A DNA stretch of 64,000 nt, from contig OY969474.1 in NCBI GenBank assembly GCA_963700145.1, forward strand, positions 3,456,001 through 3,520,000, in the 5' to 3' direction. Positions 52,653 through 64,000 of the stretch are shown here, in pieces. Each line of letters opens with the position of its first letter. Positions within the stretch are counted from its first letter, which is position 1. The DNA comes from an uncultured Acidobacteriota bacterium. GTDB taxonomy: Bacteria > Acidobacteriota > Thermoanaerobaculia > Multivoradales > UBA5704. Under the pieces are notes generated by a model. It saw only the letters and a list, made by a program, of their open reading frames with translations, did not search any database and was not told where the DNA came from. The position numbers and the translations under genes were made by a program.

Positions 52653-54794
52653 TCACGCCGCCCCTCCCACCCGGATCCTCGCGTCGAGCGCCACGGCGTT
52701 CCCCCGCTCGGGCGCCGCGAGGAAGGGGTTGACGTCCAGCTCCTGGATCGACGGGTGTCTCTGCACCAGTTGCGCGATGCGGAGGACGACCTCCTCTAGC
52801 ACTGCCAAGTCGGCGCCCGGCTCGCCGCGGACGCCGGCCAGGAGCGGGAACCCCCGGATGCCTCGCACCAGGTCGTGCGCCTCGTGCGGGGCCAGCGCCG
52901 GCACGGCGAAGCGGACGTCCTGGAAGACCTCGACGTACTTGCCGCCGAGGCCGAACATCAGGAGCGGTCCGAAGCGCGGGTCGGTCGAGACGCCGAAGAT
53001 GACCTCGTGGCCGCCGCGGACCATCGGCTGGACCACGTACCCTGCGAGCCGGAGCCCGGCCGCCGCCAGGCGCTCGCGCATCTCCGCCGCCGCGGCCGCC
53101 ACCGCGGCGGCGTCCTCCAGGCCGAGCCGCACCGCGCCGACGTCGCTCTTGTGCACCAGCCCGGGCGCGATCGCCTTGAGCGCCGCCGGGAACCCCAGCT
53201 CGCCCGCCGCGGCGGCGGCCTCCTCGGGAGTCACCGCCACGCGCCAGGGGGCCACCGGCACGCCGTAGAGCTCGAGCACGCGGAAGGTCTCGGCCGGGTC
53301 GAGGTAGCCACCGGGCTCCCGCCGCTCCGCCGCCGCAAGGATCGCCGCCACCGCGGCGTCGTCGGCCGGGAACTCCGGCGTCGGCTCGTCCGCCGGCCGC
53401 CGGCGCCAGGCGGCGTAGCGGGCGAGCATCGCCAGCGCCCGCGCCGCCGGCTCCGGGAAGTGGTAGACCGGCGGCAGGTGCCGCCGCTCGCGCGCCGCCG
53501 CGTAGAACTCCTCGGTCGCCATCATCACCGCCAGCACCGGCTTGGCGCGCGCCGCCGCCACCCGCCCGGCCTCCTCCAGGACGCCGATCGGGTTGGCGAG
53601 GAGCGGCGTGACGTTGATGACCATCGCCAGGTCCACCTCGGGGTCGTCGAGCACCGCTTCGAGCGCCGCGCCGTACTGCTCGACGGTCGCCGAGGCGATC
53701 ATGTCCACCGGGTTGGCGAGGCTCGCCGCCGGCGGCAGGAAGGCGGCGAGGCGCTCGCGCGTCGTCGCCGCCAGCTCGGCCATCCGCAGCCCCTGGTTGA
53801 CGCAGGCGTCGGTCGCCATGATCGCCGGCCCGCCGGCGTTGGTGACGATGCCGACCCGGTTGCCCTCGGGCAGCGGGCAGCGGTCGAGGGCCAGGGCGAC
53901 GTCGAACAGCTCCTCGATGCTGTTGGCGCGCAGCACGCCGCACTGGTCGAGGAAGGCCGAGACGGTGACGTCGGCGCCGGCGATGGCGCCGGTGTGGCTG
54001 GTGGCGGCGCGGGCCCCCTCGATGGTGCGCCCCGACTTGACGACCAGGATCGGCTTCTTCCGCCCGACGCGCTTGGCGATCTCGGTGAAGCGGCGCCGGC
54101 GACCCGCGTCGTCGCCATGTACCTGGAGTCGTTCGGCAACCCGCGGTCTTCCTCCCAGTGCTCGAGCAGGTCGTTGCCCGAGACGTCGGCCTTTGTTGCC
54201 CATCGAGACGAACTGCGTGAGGCCCATGCCGAGCTGCCCGGCGACGTTGAGGATGGCGACGCCGAGCGCCCCCGACTGGCTGACGAAGCCGATCGAGCCG
54301 GCGCGGGCGGGGACCGGCGCGAAGGTGGCGTTCATGTCGACGCCCGCCTGGGTGTTGATGACCCCCATGCAGTTGGGGCCGATCATCCGCGCCCCCGCCG
54401 CGCGCACCGTGTCGCGCAGCCGGCGCTCGAGCGCTGCCCCCTCCGGGCCGGTCTCGGCGTAGCCGGCGGTGATGACCACGAGCCCGCGCACGCCGCGCGC
54501 GAGGCAGGCCTCGACCACCTCCTGCACCAGCGGCCGCGGCACGACGATGATCGCCAAGTCCACCGGGTCGGGGATCTCCGCCACGGTGGCGTAGCTGCGC
54601 AGCGAGTGGATGGCGCGGGCGAACGGGTTGACCGGGTAGATCGCCCCCTTGAACTCGTTGACCACCAGGTTGTGGAGGAGAGAGAAGCCGATCGAGTCGC
54701 GCTGCCGCGAGGCGCCGACGACGGCGATCGAGCGCGGCGAAAAGATCGTGTCGAGCGGACGCGGCGGCAGCGGCGCGGAGACGGGCTCGCTCAA
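52653..54794 (-). CDS. ADP-forming acyl-CoA synthetase family protein (alpha+beta), with internal micro-inversion
   Basis: PRSIAVVGAS, IGPNCMG, SQSGA, SHTG, NAGG, NPVD, HKSDVG, FGP, LDVNP. Confidence 0.88.
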   Translation of the reverse strand: MSEPVSAPLPPRPLDTIFSPRSIAVVGASRQRDSIGFSLLHNLVVNEFKGAIYPVNPFARAIHSLRSYATVAEIPDPVDLAIIVVPRPLVQEVVEACLARGVRGLVVITAGYAETGPEGAALERRLRDTVRAAGARMIGPNCMGVINTQAGVDMNATFAPVPARAGSIGFVSQSGALGVAILNVAGQLGMGLTQFVSMGNKGRRLGQRPARALGGRPRVAERLQVHGDDAGRRRRFTEIAKRVGRKKPILVVKSGRTIEGARAATSHTGAIAGADVTVSAFLDQCGVLRANSIEELFDVALALDRCPLPEGNRVGIVTNAGGPAIMATDACVNQGLRMAELAATTRERLAAFLPPAASLANPVDMIASATVEQYGAALEAVLDDPEVDLAMVINVTPLLANPIGVLEEAGRVAAARAKPVLAVMMATEEFYAAARERRHLPPVYHFPEPAARALAMLARYAAWRRRPADEPTPEFPADDAAVAAILAAAERREPGGYLDPAETFRVLELYGVPVAPWRVAVTPEEAAAAAGELGFPAALKAIAPGLVHKSDVGAVRLGLEDAAAVAAAAAEMRERLAAAGLRLAGYVVQPMVRGGHEVIFGVSTDPRFGPLLMFGLGGKYVEVFQDVRFAVPALAPHEAHDLVRGIRGFPLLAGVRGEPGADLAVLEEVVLRIAQLVQRHPSIQELDVNPFLAAPERGNAVALDARIRVGGAA
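54096..54146 (+). other. ~50-bp inverted segment inside the acyl-CoA synthetase gene
   Basis: Plus strand encodes PATRVVAMYLESFGNPR, the segment expected between LLEHWEED and RFTEIAK of the minus-strand gene. Confidence 0.85.
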
Positions 54795-54801
54795 CCGCGC
54801 C

Positions 54802-55821
<1,020 letters not shown>

Positions 55822-55985
55822 GTCGGAATTGTATGCCGCCCTTGTAGGACGGCCTCGCACGGCGCGCGTCCCGCAGTGGATGACAGCGAAAACGGAGCGC
55901 CGCCGATGAGACGCCCGCGACCCTCGCCCTAGCCTGCACCTGCGGCCGGGACAGCCCCGGAGCCGCACGCCAGGAGGCGAGGACC

Positions 55986-57497
55986 GTGAGCGCTCGAGCC
56001 ATCATCCGCACTCTGTTCATGCTGCTCATCACGCTGGCCGCCGTGCCGCTTTCGGCCGCCACGTACGTCATGCCGAGCGACGAGACGCTGGCCGACCAGG
56101 CCGCCGTCATCGCCGCGGTGCGGGTGACCGACTCGGGGCCGGCGCCCCTGCGCGCCGGCATCGCCACCGACTACGTGGTCGTGGTGGACGAGGTGGTCAA
56201 GGGCGACCTCCCGGGCAGTACGGTCGTCGTGCGGGTGCCGGGCGGCGAGATGGAAGGGAACTTCGAGCTGCGGGTCTCCGGTGCGCCCCGCTTCGCCCCG
56301 GGCGAGCGGGCGCTGCTCTTCCTGGTGCCCAACCGCGACGGCAGCTACGGCGTCCTCCACCTCTTCCTGGGCGCCTTCCACGCCGTGCGCGAGGGCGGCC
56401 GGACGCTGGCCCGGCGCGACCTGGCCGAAGGTCGGCCGCTCGCGCCGGCCGCCGACCCGCCGCGCGACCTCGCGCGCTTCAGCCGCTGGCTCGCCGACCG
56501 CGCGGCCGGCATCGAGGCGGAGGGCGATTACCTCGTCGCCGGCGGCGGACCGCGAGCCGCGGCCGAGGCCTTCACCGCGATGCCGACGCCGGACCGCGTG
56601 CCGATGCGCTGGTTCCGCTTCGACGGCGGCGGCAGCGTGAGCTGGCGGCTCAACACCTCGCTCCCCGCCGGCGTCGGGGCGGAGGCGACCGCCGCGGCCC
56701 TGCGCGCCGCGCTCGCCGCCTGGAGCGACGACCCGACCAGCCGGATCGGCTACGCCTACGGCGGCACGACGAGCGCGAGCGGCGGCTTCCTCCGCGGCGA
56801 CGGGACCAATGGCGTGCTCTTCGAGGACCCGGGCAACGCGCACGTGCCCGGCAGCTACAACTGCGCCAAGGGCGGTGTCGTGGCCGTCGGTGTCGCCTTC
56901 ATGGACACCAAGACGCGCAGCCTGGGCGGGAAGGCCTACCACGAGATCGTCGAGGGCGACGTCGTGACCAACGACGGCAGCGCCTGCTACTTCCGCGACA
57001 ACCCGGCCGGCGCGGCCGAGGTCTTCGCCCACGAGCTCGGGCACACGCTGGGCTTCGGCCACTCGACCGTGCGGGAGGCGCTGATGTTCGGCGTCGCCCA
57101 CAAGGACGGGCGCGGCGCGCGGCTCGAGCACGACGACCGGCTGGCCGCCAACGCGGTCTACGGCGCGGGGTCGCCCCCGCCCGTGCCGACCACGCCGCCT
57201 CCGCCTCCCGCGCCGGCAGCGCGCCCGGCGGCCCCGGCCGGGCTAGCCGGCAAGGCCGTGGCGCCGACGGCGATCGAGCTCACCTGGCGCGACGTCTGCG
57301 CCCACGAGCTCGACTTCCGCGTCGAGCTGAAGGTGGGCAAGAAGTGGCGCGAGGTGCTCGTCGTCCCGGCCGGCGCGACCTCGGCCAAGCTCACCGGTCT
57401 GCGCCCAGACACCGCCTCGACCTACCGCCTGCGCGCCCGCAGCGCCGCCGGCTACTCGCCCTACAGCAACGCGGTGACGGTGAGGACGCCGCGCTAG
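55986..57497 (+). CDS. secreted matrixin-like (M10) metalloprotease with C-terminal FN3
   Basis: Signal peptide; [12 protein letters not shown]; ALMF Met-turn; Pro linker; LTW...LTGLRP...YRLRA...YSN. Confidence 0.85.
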   Translation: MSARAIIRTLFMLLITLAAVPLSAATYVMPSDETLADQAAVIAAVRVTDSGPAPLRAGIATDYVVVVDEVVKGDLPGSTVVVRVPGGEMEGNFELRVSGAPRFAPGERALLFLVPNRDGSYGVLHLFLGAFHAVREGGRTLARRDLAEGRPLAPAADPPRDLARFSRWLADRAAGIEAEGDYLVAGGGPRAAAEAFTAMPTPDRVPMRWFRFDGGGSVSWRLNTSLPAGVGAEATAAALRAALAAWSDDPTSRIGYAYGGTTSASGGFLRGDGTNGVLFEDPGNAHVPGSYNCAKGGVVAVGVAFMDTKTRSLGGKAYHEIVEGDVVTNDGSACYFRDNPAGAAEVFAHELGHTLGFGHSTVREALMFGVAHKDGRGARLEHDDRLAANAVYGAGSPPPVPTTPPPPPAPAARPAAPAGLAGKAVAPTAIELTWRDVCAHELDFRVELKVGKKWREVLVVPAGATSAKLTGLRPDTASTYRLRARSAAGYSPYSNAVTVRTPR

Positions 57498-58018
57498 GTG
57501 GCGTCTGGATCCGTGCCGAAGCCAATCAGGCGGCGCCCTCCCCGCCGCGGCGGCGCCATCAGCTCGCGGATCGCGTCGAAGACAACCTTGAACTGGTGGT
57601 CGTACCGGCGCTCGAGATCGTCCAGCTTGGCCGCGAGCTCCGCATGGGCGCCCAGGATCCGCCGCATCCGCACGAACGTGCGCATGATCTCGATGTTCAC
57701 CCGCACCGCCCGTTCACTGCGGAGTACCCCGGAGAGCATCGCAACGCCGTGCTCGGTGAAGACATTAGGGCGGTAGCGGCGGCCGCCGTGTGCATTTGAG
57801 GTCGCAAATTGCGACCTCAAGAGCGCGGTCTCGCTGCGGCTCAACTGGAACATGAAATCACGCGGGAAGCGCTGGCGGTTCCGCTTCACTGCCTCGTTCA
57901 GCCGCTTGACGCTCACTCCGTAGAGGGTCGCGAGGTCTTCGTCCAGCAAGACCTTTTCGCCGCGAAACAGCAGGATCGCCCGCTCGATCCGCGCCGCCGG
58001 TAGGAGGGTCTTTCCCAT
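57494..58018 (-). CDS. ORF6N-domain DNA-binding protein
   Basis: [34 protein letters not shown]...[10 protein letters not shown]. Confidence 0.88.
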   Translation of the reverse strand: MGKTLLPAARIERAILLFRGEKVLLDEDLATLYGVSVKRLNEAVKRNRQRFPRDFMFQLSRSETALLRSQFATSNAHGGRRYRPNVFTEHGVAMLSGVLRSERAVRVNIEIMRTFVRMRRILGAHAELAAKLDDLERRYDHQFKVVFDAIRELMAPPRRGGRRLIGFGTDPDAT

Positions 58019-58116
58019 GTGCGCGCCTCCAAGTCCCCTTCTCCCGGAGAAGACGGAAAACGGCGGCCCGCGCATGGCAGCAGCTACCCCGCCGCCGCAG
58101 AATGGGGGGCGACCGG

Positions 58117-58710
58117 CTAGGCCCGCGACAGCCGGTTAAGGCTCGACCGCAGCAGCTCGTGAAAGGCCGCCCCGGGCCGGTCGCGGCGCGCCTCGGCCAC
58201 CGCCCGCTCCGCCTGCGCCGCCTTGTAGCCCAGGTTGACCAGGGCGGAGACCACGTCCTGGTCGGCGGGGGCGGCGCGGCCGGGGAGCTCGGCCGCCAGC
58301 TCCTGCATCTTCTCCTTGAGCTCGAGCACCATCCGCTCGGCGGTCTTCTTGCCGATGCCCGGGATGGTGGCGAGGCGTGCCACGTCGCCGGCGGCGATGG
58401 CGCCGAGCAGGTCCTCCGGCGCCAGGCCGGAGAGGATTACCCGCGCCAGGCGCGGCCCGATGCCCGAGACCCCGATCAGCCGCTCGAAGAGGAGCTTCTC
58501 GCGCTCGGTCCAGAAGCCGAAGAGGGCGATGCCGTCCTCGCGCAGGTGGGTGTGGATGTGGAGGCCGATGGGGCCGCCGGCGCCGCGGCTCTTCTCCACC
58601 TCGTACCAGGTGGAAAGCGGCACGTGGACCTCGTAGCCCACCCCCTGGACGTCGAGCGTCAGGCGGTCGGGGGTGGCCTTGAGCAGCGTCCCCTTGAGGT
58701 AGCCGATCAA
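58117..58710 (-). CDS. ruvA: Holliday junction branch migration protein RuvA
   Basis: [40 protein letters not shown]. Confidence 0.96.
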   Translation of the reverse strand: MIGYLKGTLLKATPDRLTLDVQGVGYEVHVPLSTWYEVEKSRGAGGPIGLHIHTHLREDGIALFGFWTEREKLLFERLIGVSGIGPRLARVILSGLAPEDLLGAIAAGDVARLATIPGIGKKTAERMVLELKEKMQELAAELPGRAAPADQDVVSALVNLGYKAAQAERAVAEARRDRPGAAFHELLRSSLNRLSRA

Positions 58711-58729
58711 GGCGCGGCGGCGGGCGGCG

Positions 58730-60679
58730 TCAGCTCGCCTGCGCCTCGGCGGTGATGCCGAGGGCCTCGAGCAGTTCCTGGTTGTAGCGCAGGTCGAGGT
58801 CGCGCCGGCGCTGCTCGATGAGCGCCTGCATCAGGCGCCCCACCTGGTCGCGCTCCAGCCGCTCGCGGGTCGCCGCCTTGGCCTTGGCGAACTCGGCCGG
58901 GTCCCAGCGCTTGCGCTCGACGACCTGGAAGAGGATCGCGCCTTGGGCGTCGGCGACCGGCCCGCCGACCTGGCCGACCTCCATCTCCAGCGCCGCCTTG
59001 GCGAGCTCCGGGCTGGTGCCCAGGCCGGTGATGACGCCGTCGCGCCCGAACTCGCCGCTCTCCTCGACGCTGAGGCCGAGCTCGGCGGCCACCTCGGGGA
59101 AGGTCTTCCCCCGCGCGATCTGCTGCTTGGCCTGGGCCAGGCGCTGCCGCGCCGCCTCCTTCTGCTTCTCGGCGAGGAGGGCCGCGCGCACCTGCGGCTC
59201 GGTTTCCGCCAGCGCCGGCACCCGCGACTCGACGACGTCTTGCACCCAGACGACCGCCCAGCCGCCGGGCACCTGCACCGCCTCCGACACGCCGCCCTCC
59301 TCGACCGCGAAGGCGGCGGTGTTGAGGGCCGGGGCGCGGCCGAGGCCGGGGACCGGGTCCTGCGGCCCGATCGGCGGCGCCGTGCCGAAGCGCACCGCCG
59401 GGTCGCCGCCGACCAGGGCCTGCACGTCCTCCGGGCGCTTCGGGCCCTTCTCGCGCAGCTGCCGGGCCAGCTCCTCGGCCCGGGCGCGGGCGAGCGCCTG
59501 CACCTTGTCCGCCGACAGGCGGGCCTCGATCAGCGGCCGCACCTCGGCGAGCGGGGTCTTGCCGGCGGGGCGCTTGTCCTGCACCTCGAGCAGGTGGTAG
59601 CCGAACGAGGTCTTGACCGGCCCGACCAGCTTGCCCGGCGCGGCGCCGAACGAGGCGTCCTCGAACTCCTTGACCATCCGGCCGCGGCCGAAGAACCCGA
59701 GGTCGCCGCCCCGGTCCTTGTTCGAGGCGTCCTCGGAGACCTCGGCGGCCACCTTGGCGAAGGGCTCGCCGTCCTCGATCCGCCCCCGCGCCGCTTCGAC
59801 CTTGGCTTTGGCGGCCTCCTCGGGGGTGTCGTCGTCGACCATCACCAGGATGTGCCGCGCCCGCACCTCCTCCTCGTGGGCGTACTCGTCGGCGTGCTCG
59901 TCGTAGTAGCCGCGCACCTCCTGCTCGGAGGGCTTCGCGCGCTCCGCGAGCTTGGCGGCGTCGGCCAGCAGATAGGCGATCTGCCGCTGCTCGGGCAGGC
60001 GGAAGCGGTCCTTGTTGCTCTCGAAGTAGGCCCCGAGCTCCTGCGGCGTGACCGGCAGCTCGCCCTCCATGCCGCGCTGCACGCGGACGTAGCGGACCTT
60101 CGCCTTCTCGACCTCGTCGCGGTAGGCGCGCTCGACGTCCTTGTCGCCGACGTAGACGTTGGCCTCGAGGGTCTTCTGCAGCTTCTGGAGGACGATCGAG
60201 TCGCGGATGTCCTGCTCGAAGGTGGCGGGGTCGAGCCGCATGCGGCGGAGGGTCTCGGCGTAGCGCTCCTCGCCGACGAAGGCGCCGGTCTCGTCCTGGA
60301 AGGCGCCGATGTCGAGGATCGCCTTGCGCACCTCCGCGTCGGTGGCGGCCAGGCCCAGCTCGCGCGCCTCGGCGAGCAGGATCTTCTGCCCGACCAGGTC
60401 GTTGAGGATCTGCAGCGGCAGACCCATGTTGCGCATCATCTCGGGGTCGAAGCGCTCGCCGAGCATCTCGCGGTACTGGCGCTCGGCGTTGGCGTAGGCG
60501 CTGCGGAACTCGTTCATCGTCACCCGGTGCGGCCCGGCGGTGGCGGCGTTGTCGCCGCCGTCGGCGGCGGTGGTGCTGATCGAGCCGAAGTCGTAGAAGA
60601 TGGCGAGGACGAAGACGGCGATGACGATCCAGAGGACCGGAGAGAGCACCTTGAGGTTGGCGCGGAACGTCTTGAGCAT
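58730..60679 (-). CDS. ppiD: PpiD/SurA-type peptidyl-prolyl isomerase
   Basis: N-terminal TM, SurA-N region, parvulin ARHILV...GGDLG...EFE...FGYHL. Confidence 0.88.
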   Translation of the reverse strand: MLKTFRANLKVLSPVLWIVIAVFVLAIFYDFGSISTTAADGGDNAATAGPHRVTMNEFRSAYANAERQYREMLGERFDPEMMRNMGLPLQILNDLVGQKILLAEARELGLAATDAEVRKAILDIGAFQDETGAFVGEERYAETLRRMRLDPATFEQDIRDSIVLQKLQKTLEANVYVGDKDVERAYRDEVEKAKVRYVRVQRGMEGELPVTPQELGAYFESNKDRFRLPEQRQIAYLLADAAKLAERAKPSEQEVRGYYDEHADEYAHEEEVRARHILVMVDDDTPEEAAKAKVEAARGRIEDGEPFAKVAAEVSEDASNKDRGGDLGFFGRGRMVKEFEDASFGAAPGKLVGPVKTSFGYHLLEVQDKRPAGKTPLAEVRPLIEARLSADKVQALARARAEELARQLREKGPKRPEDVQALVGGDPAVRFGTAPPIGPQDPVPGLGRAPALNTAAFAVEEGGVSEAVQVPGGWAVVWVQDVVESRVPALAETEPQVRAALLAEKQKEAARQRLAQAKQQIARGKTFPEVAAELGLSVEESGEFGRDGVITGLGTSPELAKAALEMEVGQVGGPVADAQGAILFQVVERKRWDPAEFAKAKAATRERLERDQVGRLMQALIEQRRRDLDLRYNQELLEALGITAEAQAS

Positions 60680-60738
60680 GTTGGTTGAATCTCCTCCCCC
60701 GCCGGCCGGCGAGGACGGAGCACTCTAGCACGCCGTGA

Positions 60739-63354
<2,616 letters not shown>

Positions 63355-63399
63355 CCCCGCGAGGTGCTGGGCCGGGGCGCCGCCGAACGGGCCGACACC

Positions 63400-64000
63400 G
63401 TGAGCGAGCGCGGCACCGTCTGGCTCCTCACCGCCCTGCTCGTCGGGCAGCTCGTGCTGCTCGCCGTCCAGGTGCCGGGGAGCGGCGGCGCCGACAACGC
63501 TCTCGAGTCCTTCGGCCTGCGCGTCGTCGGGCCGGTGGCGCGCCTGGTCACCGGCGCGGCCGCGAGCGTCACCGGCACGCGCCAGCGCGTCCGCCTCCAG
63601 GAAGACCTGCTGGCCGAAAACCGGTCGCTCGAGCACGAGGTGGAGCGCCTGCGCCTCGAGCTCCTCCGCCTGCGCGACGTCGAGTCCGAGATGCAGCGGC
63701 TCGCCGCCGCGCTCGACTACGCCGCGCCGCCGGTCGGGCGGGTGCGGGCGGCCGACGTCGTCTACGTCGACCACACCTCCTGGCTGCGCACGCTCGTCGT
63801 CTGGGTCGGCGAGGGCAAGGCACGGCCCGACCAGCCGGTGCTGGCGCCGCAGGGCCTGGTCGGGCGGGTGGTGCGGGTCGCCGGCCCCTACGCCAAGGTG
63901 CAGCTCGTCACCGACCGCGCCGCCGCCGTCGGCGCGCTCGTCGCCCGCACCCGCCGCCAGGGGGTGGCGCGCGGCAGCGGCACGGGCGCCCTGGTGCTCG
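63400..64000 (+). CDS. mreC: rod shape-determining protein MreC (partial)
   Basis: Follows mreB; N-terminal TM, coiled coil (LLAENRSL), GLVGRV...AKVQL. Confidence 0.85.
   Translation, partial: MSERGTVWLLTALLVGQLVLLAVQVPGSGGADNALESFGLRVVGPVARLVTGAAASVTGTRQRVRLQEDLLAENRSLEHEVERLRLELLRLRDVESEMQRLAAALDYAAPPVGRVRAADVVYVDHTSWLRTLVVWVGEGKARPDQPVLAPQGLVGRVVRVAGPYAKVQLVTDRAAAVGALVARTRRQGVARGSGTGALVL

Overview
High-GC bacterial chromosome segment spanning the replication origin. The gene style suggests Acidobacteriota or a similar soil/sediment lineage (inference, not checked). Core content: yidC-yidD-rnpA-rpmH; two tRNA-Ser genes, tadA, SRP RNA and dnaX-ybaB-recR; mutY; sppA; dnaA-oriC-dnaN-recF-gyrB-(hicAB)-gyrA-tal; hemH; ruvB and ruvA; ppiD; mreBC. 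Accessory content: (i) a candidate sigma54-driven ~210-nt structured sRNA with a perfect -24/-12 promoter, an upstream palindrome and an intrinsic terminator (12.6-12.9 kb); (ii) a DUF2064/radical SAM/metallophosphoesterase/flavoprotein operon whose first gene ends in a RAPP arrest-like motif; (iii) a type III PKS-methyltransferase-ACP-FAAL-flavoprotein-YceI cluster; (iv) a variable hotspot at 42-52 kb with a secreted 8-Cys peptide, SymE, two 21-bp-phased repeat arrays, an M12 protease, short minus-strand genes and micro-duplications. The hotspot also holds the best candidate for a new system: a lower-GC island bracketed by duplicated ydjY-like 3' ends that encodes a SIR2-Nudix-like fusion plus a HAD phosphatase, a putative NAD+/ADPR-destroying defence module. 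A ~50-bp in-gene inversion lies in an acyl-CoA ligase. Many genes at ~33-54 kb carry single-base indels that are probably assembly errors, so gene models there are approximate. All family assignments come from motif recognition by eye; no searches were run.
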